The notes under the pieces: model-generated | What the model saw: only the letters and a program-made list of their open reading frames with translations | The model's database searches: none | Told to the model about the DNA's origin: nothing | Shown here: one piece after another, positions 37,881 through 49,504 of the stretch | Numbering within the stretch: the stretch's first letter is position 1 | How the letters are laid out: each line of letters opens with the position of its first letter | Assembly (NCBI RefSeq): GCF_020745735.1 | Contig: NW_026867487.1 | Coordinates: forward strand, 4,295,239-4,359,238 | Length of the DNA stretch: 64,000 bases | From: Hemiscyllium ocellatum | Lineage: Eukaryota | Reading direction: 5' to 3' | Made by a program: the position numbers and the translations under genes

Positions 37881-39938
37881 AGCTGACAGTGTTACCTTCC
37901 GCTGAGAATGCATCGCCTACTAAATTTTCCAAAACAGATCAGGTGATGTGTGAGGGGCAGGAGTGAACTATCTGTTAGTGAACAGTATCTCCCCGAGCGA
38001 TTCCACATTCAGTGATCTCATCGGGGGATACTTACATGTTAAAGACAATGAAATTCTTTCAACGGACTTCCATGACTGTTGTTTTTGCCAATATCTCACT
38101 GCCCTTTTTTTGTGAGCTTCCTTCCTGAACTGCTGTTGTCCATGGTGTGGAAGGCAACCAGAGAGCAGTCGGGACGGAAGTTGAAGGATTTTGACCCAGT
38201 GACTGAAAGAATGTAAATATAGTTCCAAGTCAGGTTGGTGAGTGACCGACAGGAGGACGTTTGTTGGAAGCATGCATCCCTCATCTTACAAAACGAAACC
38301 TGTTGTTGCTTAAAAGCAATTAATACAGATCGACATTCCTTGTCATTGTACCAAATTTTCAACACAAATATGACAAGAACTTGCATATAAAATGATATTT
38401 CACATCTACCTGATGGGAGCTGTCCTTCAATTTGCCTGAGCAGAATATTTCCAGTGATCTGATGATGTAATGATCTTCAGACTCGGAATTTTCAGTGAGG
38501 GAGAACAATGAACACGACACGGACACTTTTATCCATTTCCCACTTATTTGTTCAGCGTCCCCGGGAACAGAATAAAGAAAGGATATTTAAACACACCAAC
38601 GATTAAGTGCAGCAGGTTCCTGCAAACAGGAACTCAACGTCAGCAACTTATGAGCAAATGTTCAGAATAGATTGGGATGTGAAACCATGAAATTTGCACA
38701 TGTCTTTAAATATCTTTCATTCAATTATCATAGATTTAGAACGTCATTTTCGTGAATTGCTTTAGAAATCAAATCCCAGCACGTAAATCTTCGTCATACT
38801 TTGGTATTTATTTCGCATTTTCCAAGTATTATATCCACTTGGTATGTCCACAGGTTAATGTCAGAAGTGAATATTTTGATCGTGGACAGCTTCGTGTGAA
38901 TTTAAATTGCGTTTTGTTTACAAACTTTATAAATGTACATACCATAACAAAATATTTCAATTTGTAAACTAAAGAAAGTGCAATAATATTGTCTCTGCAC
39001 CGCACATTCCATTCATTATAATTGAAAACCTCTTCAGACATTTGTTTCCATTGGACAATTATTGCTACAAGAGAGACCCAGCCTAAAGTATATTCAAATA
39101 TAAATCTTCCGTTCAATCCATATTTAAGACAACTGATAAACAATTAATATTTCTCTCACCACATAGGATCTTGAGGGAAGATAGTGAACTATGCTCCCTT
39201 TGTTGTGTGCTCTTAGAACTGTTCATGTGGTTGTGGATGAGGGAGTGAGACCTTGTGTTTGTATTCGCTATTCAGTCTGCAATTCCACTTTATGGGAGCC
39301 GGATGTTGTGATACTTTGGACCTCGTATGCCGAGCAGTAACAACAATTTGTATTATTACTCCACATCATTTCACTGTACAATTACCAGGGGCAGCTTCAA
39401 TAGTATTGTGCATCCGCCATTGGCTTGAGGAATGAGAATGGAAGTTACTGGAGAAGATCAGGACGAGTTTGGAAAGTATAGCGGCACAGATAGTTTTCTG
39501 GTGTTCGTTGCTTTCCCATATTCGTTCTGAACTCACAGACAGATACAAGCAATATACATGTAATTATGAAACCAGCCACTTCGGTGAGGGCGAGAAATGA
39601 CAGAAATCATCATAACAGACCGGCTCAGATAAGTAATGAGTGGAGAAGAATAATAACGTTACATCGGAAGGTGCACTTGACGGTGTCACCCAGCAGGGTA
39701 ATGAAATGTCTGCATACAAACCAACCAGCTCAGCCGGCAAAGCAACAATCGCATCCACAACCCGAGCTACAAACCTTCGCAAAATGATATAATCCTTCAA
39801 GTAAAGTTGACCATTTTGCCTTGAGCTCTGTCCTCGTCCCTTCAAGAAAGTTCTTCTTGAGTCCCGCTGGAGCTACATTGTTTCTGTTTATTGTTGTGAT
39901 AGTGTCATCTTGTGTATTTTACCTGCAAGCTTGAGAGT

Positions 39939-40417
39939 GAGTTTTGTTCAGAACCTTGTCATCTTTAAATTAGTGTCGGGCTCATGGCACTTAAAAAAAT
40001 GATAGAGTCAGAGACGATGGCCTTATAGATCTTTAACTGGACAATCTTCACAGTTTTATTAAATGTCACGGAGAACAACTCACGAAAGTTACGATAAAAA
40101 CCAGAAGAACTGTGGAACATGAAAAACTCAATGGTTCACAGTGACGGATGCAATAATCGAACAAGGAACTTGGTAACAGGAAGCGTAGTTAGGTGAGAAC
40201 CAAAACAGCAAGAGGAAGCTGAAGACGGCGCTGCAGCACACTTGGCTCTGAGTGAACTCCCGGTTCCCTGTGAAATTTGAAATTGCACAGCGCTGCTGGG
40301 TTTCATTGGGAGCTCGTAAATGGTGAGAGTTCTGTGACCATCTTACTCTCTCAGTAACATAGTATCTGAGGTATAAATGGGAAGAGTTGAGAGGACGCAC
40401 AAAGGATCATTTACCAT
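39939..40417 (-). pseudogene. Decayed V pseudogene related to family A
   Basis: Leader relic 40417-40347 with a GTAAG donor, 79-nt intron, and 290-nt exon 40267-39978. The 3' half reads ELFSVTFNKTVKIVQLKIYKAIVSDSIIFLSAMS (second Cys lost). RSS relic: GACACTA / 23 nt / ACAAAACTC. The 5' half is not alignable by eye. Confidence 0.75.
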
Positions 40418-41521
40418 GTCAACCTTCCATGCAAAACGGGGGTATTGGATCATTGTGCTTGTGCCTGTTCTTTGAAGGGGGCATGTAATTAGTTTCAATC
40501 CCATCGTTCTTTTCATATTCTGTCGCTTTTCAAGTTTAATCCCTGTCCGAGTCTTTTTACACCATTCTGAAATTTAGCATTTAAACTGCTACCACCGTCC
40601 TCTCACATAGTGAATTAAAAATTAGAAGACAGCACAATTTGTCAAAAACTTGCTTTTTTTTTAATTAATCAATCCTGATTTCGTTCATCATACTATCAGA
40701 CCTCTTGCTGATCAAGCCGATATGGCATGCTCTATTCTATCAAAACCCCTGGTAACTTTGAGAAGCTCAGTGAAATTATCCTTAACCTTACATCGATACG
40801 GGCAATCAAATCTTGTCTTACGTGAAACCCAACATAACAGTCTTCTTTTATGCTCACGTATTCTCTCAAAATCTGTAAATTTAGGTTCCACACAATCATG
40901 CTCCTTCTTAGGCAGAAATCAAGGTCTATCACCCCATTTCAAGCATGTACTTCTTGAAATCCCGGTCCCTAGTCGGTCACACTCACTCCCTTCCTTTGTC
41001 TGGCTTCACTGATACAGCTACTATCTGCAGGCTGCAAATCAAACCAATGAGTCTGCTTTGGGTTTTGGGGACTTCAGCGCTTCTTTGTGAATTCGCCCTG
41101 CCTAATTCCAGCGGTTTTGTTCATGATCGCACAGTGGAGAGTAGCTGATTTCCCATCAGTGGGGAACCTCTTATTTATCGTCTTCACCTCAACATTCTCT
41201 GATTTGAAATGTCCTCAGATCGCTGTCTCATGTTTTGAGTTCTTCATCCGAGGTCTGTTTCGTCCTTCAGCTTATCTATCTTGTTGCATTTTATAGACGC
41301 TATAGTACGTAATTAATTATTTAAACTGTAAAATTTCCGTATCCAGTGCCTATGTATTGAAAAGATATTTGTCAAAGCTTATCTAAGCTCAAATGGAAAC
41401 CCAGTGATGTTGGAATCGGAAGTTGTTGCAGTGAGAACCATGAATAACGGAAGTCAATAAGCTTCTCTCACAATATTACCGCTCTTAATCCATAATTTGA
41501 CTTAGAATGTGGTCACTATTT

Positions 41522-41750
41522 ATCTTTTCCTTGTTATACTTCATCTAAAACTATTCATTGAGCATCCGGTAACTCAGAGTTAAATTTGAGATTATGTGTT
41601 TTACTGGATATACTTATTCAGACTTTTGATACTTTTTATATGTTTGTTGAGGAACGAGCGCCCAAGATTCAGTTTCCCAGGATCCACTTCAATAGACGGT
41701 TCAGGAAGGCCATATTACAACACTGAACTGTCGATACACAACAGCACCAC
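41522..41750 (+). pseudogene. Truncated family-B V fragment (decayed leader, intron, FR1 only)
   Basis: catccg|gtaactcagag plus an intron matching 42178-42263. Exon reads GTSAQDSVSQDPLQ*TVQEGHITTLNCRYTT, then homology stops. Confidence 0.8.
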
Positions 41751-41985
41751 TAATGCCTGAGTGTGATGCTAATTTTGAATTGACTTTTCACCTTAAATCG
41801 AGAGAAGGATAAACCTGTCAAATAAAAAGAGACCTTGCGATGGACAAAGAAGTAAGTTCGAACGAGATGTGACACCTGAAAATGTGAGACTGAACAAGGG
41901 AATGAGAAAGATATGAAAACAACAAAATATGCAATTGGAACGAATATTGTCTTTCATCGTCAACTGTTTCTGTTTCCCCTATAGT

Positions 41986-42105
41986 TGACGTCACATTGAA
42001 AACACAACCAATCGCAGCAAAGGGAAGCTCTATTCAATTTCCCAAGGAGTGAGGCCATCTCCCGAGTAAAGGTTAATTATAAGAGTCAGCAGACCACTTA
42101 TAAAA
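41986..42105 (+). promoter_or_regulatory. Putative family-B V promoter: CRE palindrome, CCAAT box, TATA box
   Basis: TGACGTCA 41986-41993, CCAAT 42008-42012, TATAAAA 42099-42105, upstream of ATG 42132. CRE-like elements are established in TCR V promoters. Confidence 0.55.
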
Positions 42106-42131
42106 TGTTGTTTACGGTCGAAGCAGATATA

Positions 42132-42576
42132 ATGTGTTTACTGTATTTTTTATTGGTAATAATGGCCGTGGTGCCCGGTAAGTCAGAGTAAAATTTGAGA
42201 TTATGTGTTTTTTTGGATATACCTATTCAGATTTTTAACATTTTTTTCATGTATTTGTTGCAGGAACGAAAGGCCAAGATTCAGTTTCACAGGATCCATC
42301 TGAATGGACCGTTCAGGAAGGCCATACTACAATACTAAACTGTTGTTACACAACAGCAGAAGCATTATTTGGAGAAACTCTCTTTTGGTACATCCAGGAT
42401 CTTGGGGAAGCTCAGAGATATTTACTGCAGAGATACGATAAGCAGCAAGGTGCCAGATCAATAGATTTCACTGACTGATTTTCTGCTAATTTGGACAAGG
42501 AGAAGAAAACGGTTCATTTAAATATCTCCGAGGCTCAAATCTCCGACTCTGCCGTCTACTATTGTGCACGGAGCTC
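42132..42576 (+). pseudogene. Family-B TCR V gene with one in-frame stop (leader 42132-42177; V exon 42264-42576)
   Basis: MCLLYFLLVIMAVVPG|TKGQDSVSQDP...LNCCY...LFWYIQ...DFTD*FSANLDKEKK...DSAVYYCARS. TGA at 42476-42478. Confidence 0.92.
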
Positions 42577-42615
42577 CACATTGACACAGCGAAGCAGCCA
42601 GCCTGTGCAAAAACC
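42577..42615 (+). other. 23-bp-spacer RSS
   Basis: CACATTG / 23 nt / GCAAAAACC. Confidence 0.9.
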
Positions 42616-43999
42616 GGCAAGACACCCTTACATCTCTTTCTGCATAAGATCACTGAGCAGAATTATGAATTGTTCGCATAATAAAAACAACATTTTATGA
42701 TTGCCTTGCCCAACTGTTTTCTTTTTTCCATATTGATTCCACTACATTCTGTTTAGATTCCTCTTTATATTAAGTTAGTTTTTTTATTACTTACAGTGAG
42801 CAGGTGTGTAAATGGCAGATTCTGGTCCTAAAATTGGAACAGGACTTATCATTCCTCATTTCGCAAAACTGATATTGATCCTGATAAAGAAGTCAAACTA
42901 CTATTAATTCCCAGTTCACTATTCTTTTGTACATCAGCGAGGTGACGTTTTTCTGATGCTGATTTTTTTTTATTCAGAGCAACGTCGATTGGTTTGTGTA
43001 TCTTCTTCGATATACGAGAGTTGGGGATAATGCACTAAGTCAGATACACGATAAATCACCTTACAGAGTGGAGAAAGAGGATTGAAGTTTCAAATCAATC
43101 CATCCAACTTCTCCTCACTGTGATCTGTGGCTCACATTGTCTCTGAACAAAAGGGGTATGAGTTGATCTAATCCCAACTAGTGACAATTACATAAATTAA
43201 CCAATCGGCATTTACAGTGGATATGACACATCTGAACTTCTGCTCAAATCTGCCATTAGTTGTGTGCAGAATCACTTCAGCTTCATCTCCCTCTGCTCAA
43301 ACCCACCATTAGTTCTGAGCAGTCTCAGACACGGTGATAGAAACGGGAGCAAACCTTGTGCAGAAGCAAATCCCCAACATGAGAGAGGTTGTAGATAACC
43401 TTATATCGAGTAACATCACTTTAAAAATGGCCACACGGAAAGAATGTCTCGGCATATCTCCTATTTATGCTGAAAACTGGAGTGAGATTTCAAATTTCGT
43501 CTACTCCACAATAAATAAAAGGCCGGAAAGAAACACGGTGCAGTTATTTACAGTACCTTTTAAGAAGTCATTTTGCTCAGTGGCATCTTCAGCCAACAAT
43601 GCTTGACACACACTTCACCATCTCCCCCACCCCACCCGAACCAAACCTCCTCACAACCCACGTTGTTTATATGCATAATGCTTAAAATCTCAGAGAAAAA
43701 TATAAATTGTTGGAAAAGCTCGGTACGTCTGGCAGCATCGGTAGAGAGAAGTCGGAGTTAACATTCCTGTTTGAATAACATTTCCTCTGAACTGGTTGTA
43801 GCTCTGAAAATGCTGTTTTATGTGCAGAGATTAGGATGGTATTAGTGTGTGAGAAGGAAACGATAAGTGGTGATAAATCCCAAAGAGAAAGAAGAGCAAT
43901 TGGACAGACCTAGCAGATGGTAACGATCTGACTATGCGAGTGAAAATAGCGTTAATGGGGACTTTTAGTGACGACCAATATGTGTTTTATTAAGAACAA

Positions 44000-46290
44000 G
44001 AGAGCAGTGCTGGACAAAGCAAGGCAGGTCAGGCAGCTTTGAAGGAGCAGTAAAATCGAGGTCTTGGGCATAAGCCGTTCATCAGGAATAAGGCTTATGT
44101 GGCGGGGGACTGAGACATAAATGGGAGAGGTGTGGAGCTGGTGCAAGATAGCTGGGAATGTGATAGTTAGATGAAGGTGAGGTGAAAGTGATTGACTGGA
44201 GAGGTGGGTGGAGTGGATAGGTGGGAAGGAAGATAGACAGTTTAAGAGGGCGGTGCCATATTGGACAATTGGGACTGGCATAAAGTGGGGGAGGGTAAAT
44301 GTGGAAACTGGTGAAATCTACATTGATCCTGTGTGGTTGCAGGGTCTAAGGTGGAAGATGAAGCATTCTTCCTCCAGGCGTCAGGTGGTTAGGCTTTGGA
44401 AATGGAGAAGGCCCAGGATCTGCATAGTCTTGGTGGAGTAGGAGAGGGTGTTGAAGTTTTCAGCCACGGGACAGAGGGCATAGTTGGTGCGGGTGTCCCA
44501 GAGATGTCCTCTGAAACAATCTGCACTTTGGCGTCCTGTCTTCCCAAAGTAAAGGCGACCATACTGGGTGCAATGGGTACAGTAGATGACGTGTGTGGAA
44601 GTTCAGGTAAGTTTCTGTCGAATGTAGAAAGATCCTTTGGAGACTTGAATGGAGGGTGTGAGGAGGTTTGGGTGCATGGTTTCCACTTCTGCTCGTGGCA
44701 GTGGATGTTGTGGTCTATAAAGATGGAATCCATCTGGGATTTTCTCTGGTGAAATGCAGAACCTTCCACTCCCTCCACTCCAATCACAATCAACCCAGCA
44801 GACAAGGTGCGGGGGTGTTGTGGGAGTTTGGAGCACCTACCTCACACTGCTGAAGCCAAGTGCCAACTCGCAGACACCTCCTCTTACTGCCCCCTCAACC
44901 ACGACCTCACCTCCCACGACCAAACTATCAACTCCCAGACCATTCACAAAATCATCACCTCTGAGTATCTCCCATCCACAGTCTCCAACCTCATAGTCTA
45001 AGAATACCACACTGGCCGATTCTCCCTCTGACCCAAGATTCACAAACCTGACTGCACCGATCACCACATTCTGTTAGCTTGCTCCAACCCCACTGAATAA
45101 CTTGACACGGTCCTAACCCCTTAGTCCAAGAACATCCCATTTACGTTCAGGACACCATCCACGCCCTTCACTTTCTCCAAGAGCAAAGTTTCCCCGGCCT
45201 GAACATCTTTTCTTTGCCATGAATATTCAGTCCCTGTACACATCCATCCGCCATGACAAAGTCTTCCAAGGCCAGTTCTCTTTTTCATCACACGCCAACC
45301 AAACCAGTAACATTTAACTGCCACTCTCATTGAGCTGGCTTAAATGATCCTGACCCTCAAAAATTTCTCAACAGGAAAATAACAGCCCCGGTCCTCACCT
45401 TCCACCCCACCAACCTCCTGGTACATTACATCATCCTCTGCCACGTCTGCCAACTGCAAACAAATCGCAGCACTAAAGATATATTTTCCTGCTCACCCGC
45501 ATGTGCATTTTAGAAAGACCATTCCCTCCACGACTCGCGTGTCAGATCCATGCCTCACACCAGCCCAACCATATTCCAAGTACCGTCCCCTGTCACCGAA
45601 AGAAGTGCAAAACCTGGGTACACACCTCCCCACTCACATCTGCCCAAGATCCTTCCACATTCAACAGAAATTTACCTGTACTTCCGCATACGTCATCTAC
45701 TGTATCTGTTGCACACGCTGTGGTCTCCTCTACATCAGGGAGACAAGTCACCAAAACGTGGAATGTTTCAGATAACATTCCTTGGACACCCGCACCAGCG
45801 AACACCATTATCCCTTCGCTGAAAACTTCAACTCCCCGTCCCAATCGCCAAGGACATGCAGGTCCTGGGTCTCCTCCACCGCCAAACCCTAATCACCAGA
45901 TGCCTGGGGGAAGAATGCCTCACCGTTCGCCTTGGGACACTGCAACCACACAGGATCAATGTGGATTTTACCAGTTTCACAATTTCTCCTCCCCAACTTT
46001 ATCTCATTCTCAAGCGTCTAGATTGGCACAGCTCTGTAACCTGTCCATCTTTCATCCCACCTATCCGCTCTCCCCTCAACTCCAACCGACCACTTTTACC
46101 ACCATCTTCACCTACCTATCACGTTCCCAGCTACCTCTTCCCTAGACCGACTCCCCAGCCATTTATCTCTCAGCAGCATTCTACCCTCCCCCGGCCCACA
46201 ACCCTCATTCTTGATGAAGAGCTTATTCCGGAAATATCGATTATCCTGTTGCTTGGGTGCTGCCTGACCTGCTGTGTTTCTCTAGCACCA
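44000..46290. mobile_element. Penelope-like element(s): minus-strand 3' arm (~44000-44755) head-to-head with a plus-strand internally deleted element (~44757-46290)
   Basis: Plus arm has RT N-terminal motifs (ADTSSYCPL.HD; PKIHKPDC; ..DT.HAL) and GIY-YIG remnants (KFTCTSAYVIYCICCTRCGLLYI.ET; LGTLQPH.INVDFTSF). The minus arm repeats the GIY-YIG and 3' end. Confidence 0.8.
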
Positions 46291-47176
46291 CACTGGAGCT
46301 ATAAATTAACAGACAATACTAAGTCTGGTTGTTAGACTTGGGATAAGGACTTGAGAGAGCTCCAGTCCGAAAGAAATCAGTTTTCCGTCCAGAAGGCTCA
46401 CGTTATCCAAGTGGAAAATGAGGCGTTTGTTTTTGTCTAAGTTACACTGAGCTTCACTAGAGTGTTGCAGTAAAACCTGAACCAAGGTATTGGATAGGGA
46501 ACAGCGTGGTGTGCTGAATGTTCAGGATCATTTCATTCCGAAGAGAATACAAGTGTTCTGCATCGCGGCCACATAGCCTACACTGTTTCACCAGTTAGAG
46601 GAGACGACATTGTGAGCAATGAATGCAGTAAACTAAATTGGATGAAGTGCAGGTAAAGCACTGCTTCACCTGGAAGATATGTTTTGGCCCTTGGATAATG
46701 AGGAGAGTGGAACTGAACGGAAAGTTGTTGTATCTTCTCTGACTGTAACCGACGTTTTTGTGAGTTTGGGAGTGCTATTGGCTTTGAAGGAAGACTTGGG
46801 CAGTGTATCCCAGGCGGACTCGTCCATGCAGAAGGCTGATTAGGACGAGGAGGGAAATGTCTGTCTGGAAATCCCACGTAGAAAGTTTATCAGACCTCAA
46901 CCCGTCTGCACCCTCACTCTGATCAGAGACAATGAATTAAAGCGGAACTTCTCAATCTAATTTCAAAATCGAATTTCTTTTATTCATATAGTTGTTTCGA
47001 TCATTTAATGCTAGACCTTTGCTTGAAATCACTCAGAGTTCAAATTGTTTCTACATTCAGTTGGCCATCAAACTTCTCTTAGGTCAATTCAAAGCAAACT
47101 TTCTACATTTGGTCATCCTTTTCTGAGCAACAGAGTGAACTTCTAATGTTTCTCTTTTCTAACATAAACAGGAACA

Positions 47177-47240
47177 TGTGGTTATTGACGTTATTAGTTC
47201 AAGGTCGTCCTATCGCACGACTTGCAGGAAGTGACATACA
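47177..47240 (+). promoter_or_regulatory. Putative family-C V promoter motifs (RUNX, CRE-like, ETS/decamer-like)
   Basis: TGTGGTT 47177-47183, TGACGTTA 47186-47193 and CAGGAAGTGACAT from 47225, 100-160 bp upstream of ATG 47335. Confidence 0.35.
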
Positions 47241-47334
47241 ATTAAACGTAATCCAAGCTGACAGCGTCTTCTTCTTGAATGTTCTGCAGGCTGTTGAGAC
47301 ACAAAATTTGACATCGAATTCCAAACCAGCAGCG

Positions 47335-48420
47335 ATGTTGCTGTCCGTTCTCTCTCTGACCTGCATTACCTCCATTGTTGGTAAGGAGTTTAAAAAGAAG
47401 TTTAATTGAAGGTTTAATATATTTGATAAACAGAGTGCACGGATTTAACGAATATTAGAGATACTTCAAAGCACGCTTCGTACTTGCACGCAATTCTTGT
47501 CTCTGTCTTCCACAAAAAAATGAAGGGATATAAACTGCAAGAGAAAAGTGATTTATACAGATGTTACTGGAATTGAAAGTTGGACAGAAATCAACGTGTA
47601 CGCTTGCGTCCATTTCTCCCCTAATGGGAACACTAAACGGTATCTAGATTGATGTCTTTACAATGGTGAAAGGATATTATGTTCGGGTCACGAAGCAACA
47701 TGGTACAGTTGAGGAGGATTCCAGGTTTATACATCTAAATAAGCAAAGTTAAACGGCGCAAAATTATCTAATGAGGATGTTAGGGGAAAAAGAATAACCG
47801 CTGTTTATTCGGAGAACAGGTACAATAGGTTTTTATTAGCACAAGGGGGTAGTTAGAGTGACGAACAGAGATGCACTTAGAAGAAAAGCAGATAAGCAGG
47901 AGAGGGAGAAAGGGATGGAGAGACCCACTATTGAAATGAGAGGGAAAAATAAGCGAGTATGCTTGTGGTTATTATACACACAGCCATGAGGCCAACGACC
48001 TGAACGAGCCTGTTCTCCTCTATATTCTATCTATTTTGAAGATTTCATTAATTTCTAAGTTCAGTTAATCGAACATTTAATCTTTGTATTCTGCTTTCCC
48101 TAATCTTGTGTTCTAGGTCTGAGCGATGCAGTTTCTGTTACTCAACGGTATCTTTCGTTAACGCAGACAGAGGGACAAGATGTCACGTTAAATTGCACCT
48201 ACATTGAAGATGGTTATTATTTGTTCTGGTACCGTCAGTACTCAGGCAGAGACCCAGAGTTTGCAGTTCGGAGGCACACGAGCGGAGTTGGTGAATTGAA
48301 GGCAGATTTCGCTCAGACCCGGTTTTCTGATACCTTCCAGACGACAGAGAAGTTGTACCAATTGACAATCTCGCAGCTTCTGCTGTCTGACACCGCCGTC
48401 TATTACTGTGCAATAAGCCT
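47335..48420 (+). CDS. Intact TCR alpha/delta-type V segment, family C copy 1 (leader 47335-47380; 736-nt intron; V exon 48117-48420)
   Basis: MLLSVLSLTCITSIVG|LSDAVSVTQRYLSLTQTEGQDVTLNCTYIEDGYYLFWYRQYSGRDPEF...TRFSDTFQTTEKLYQLTISQLLLSDTAVYYCAIS; no stops. Confidence 0.93.
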
Positions 48421-48459
48421 CACAGTGACAGAAAGGAGTGAAAGCCTTGTACAATAACT
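48421..48459 (+). other. 23-bp-spacer RSS
   Basis: Canonical CACAGTG / 23 nt / ACAATAACT. Confidence 0.93.
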
Positions 48460-49504
48460 GCTGCACATGTTTCTGGGTCACAGCTGTTATTGTTGCGGGA
48501 TGTTTGTAACAGTAGGTTACAGATTTAATCTTCATCTTCCTGTGAAGGATATGTCCCGGACGACAGATCCCGTCATCAGCATTTACACTTGCTCATTTCG
48601 AACGCTGTTTCTGATTATTGCATCGTGTGAGGATCGAGTACCCTGTTGTTTATTTGGGAATGTCAAGGAACACCTCACTCAATTTCATTGAGAATAAAAT
48701 ACGTGCAGTTGGTCTGGCACTAACCATTTCCATGTACCGCCCTTTTTTTCAATGTGAAATTGCTTCATGGGGAGTAGAAAGCAGTCATCCATGTGTGAAG
48801 AATCTTAATATTTAAACAAACCCAATTGAACAACAATTATAATACTCACAATAAAGGTTACATTCTACAACGTAACAAGGTAAAAGGGCGTTATTTTCAG
48901 AATATGATGAGAGGATAAGAACAATGATATTGACAGCAATAATCTGGAAGGACAGGCGTGGGGTTCTCTTGGAATACCTGGTCAGAAAACCGTGGGAATG
49001 TAAATGCCTTTTAATTTTTAAATGTACTAATTGTGCAGAACATTGGAAGGATGTTTAGATATCTGCACTCACCAGATAAGGCTGAATTAATAATTGAATA
49101 ACAACAATTATTTCATTTTGTTCCTCTTGTCTATCCAATGATTCTTTCTTGGTTCAGTTAAATATTCAGGAATGACTGGAAGAGCCAGGTCAGATATTTT
49201 TGGAGTCTCGTCTCTCACAAATCTTTTGAGGTATAAAATGGCATAAAATCCCGAATCACGTTTTAAATGAAGTTCAGAATACATCTTATGTAAGTGGAGC
49301 AGAGGAACCCATCTCAAATGCAACGATTATATGGTCATTTCACAATTCAGTTATTTTTCAGAAAACACATGGAAAGACCTGTTTTTTCTGCATTGTGCAA
49401 CTCCCGTGCAACCCCTGATATCTATTCGGTTCACTTTGTCACATTACATGTGTCTTTTTGTTGTCGGCTCCCACTGATTTGCATAACCATATCCCTTAGC
49501 TTGC

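Larger units (their letters stand above)
39040..49200. repeat. Segmental duplication, copy A (psiV-/psiV fragment+/psiV+/PLE/V+)
   Basis: Collinear with 55990-64000, about 85-95% identity by eye. Offset is 16.9 kb at the left end and 14.8 kb at the right end. Confidence 0.95.

Noticed and set aside
40137-40143. Isolated CACAGTG heptamers (also ~57094, ~41130, ~52397, ~52534) as possible D/J RSS
   Set aside because: No nonamer at 12- or 23-bp spacing and no FGxG J motif nearby; no D, J or C segment is supported.
44389-46335. Long ORFs over the PLE region (e.g. 45501-46145, 49294-50058, 60517-61126)
   Set aside because: These are mostly off-frame or antisense translations of decayed Penelope-like elements; there is no intact RT or endonuclease ORF.
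48404-48410. Embedded TACTGTG cryptic heptamer at the V 3' end (V-replacement signal)
   Set aside because: It is an automatic consequence of Tyr-Cys-Ala codons found in most V genes, so not informative here.
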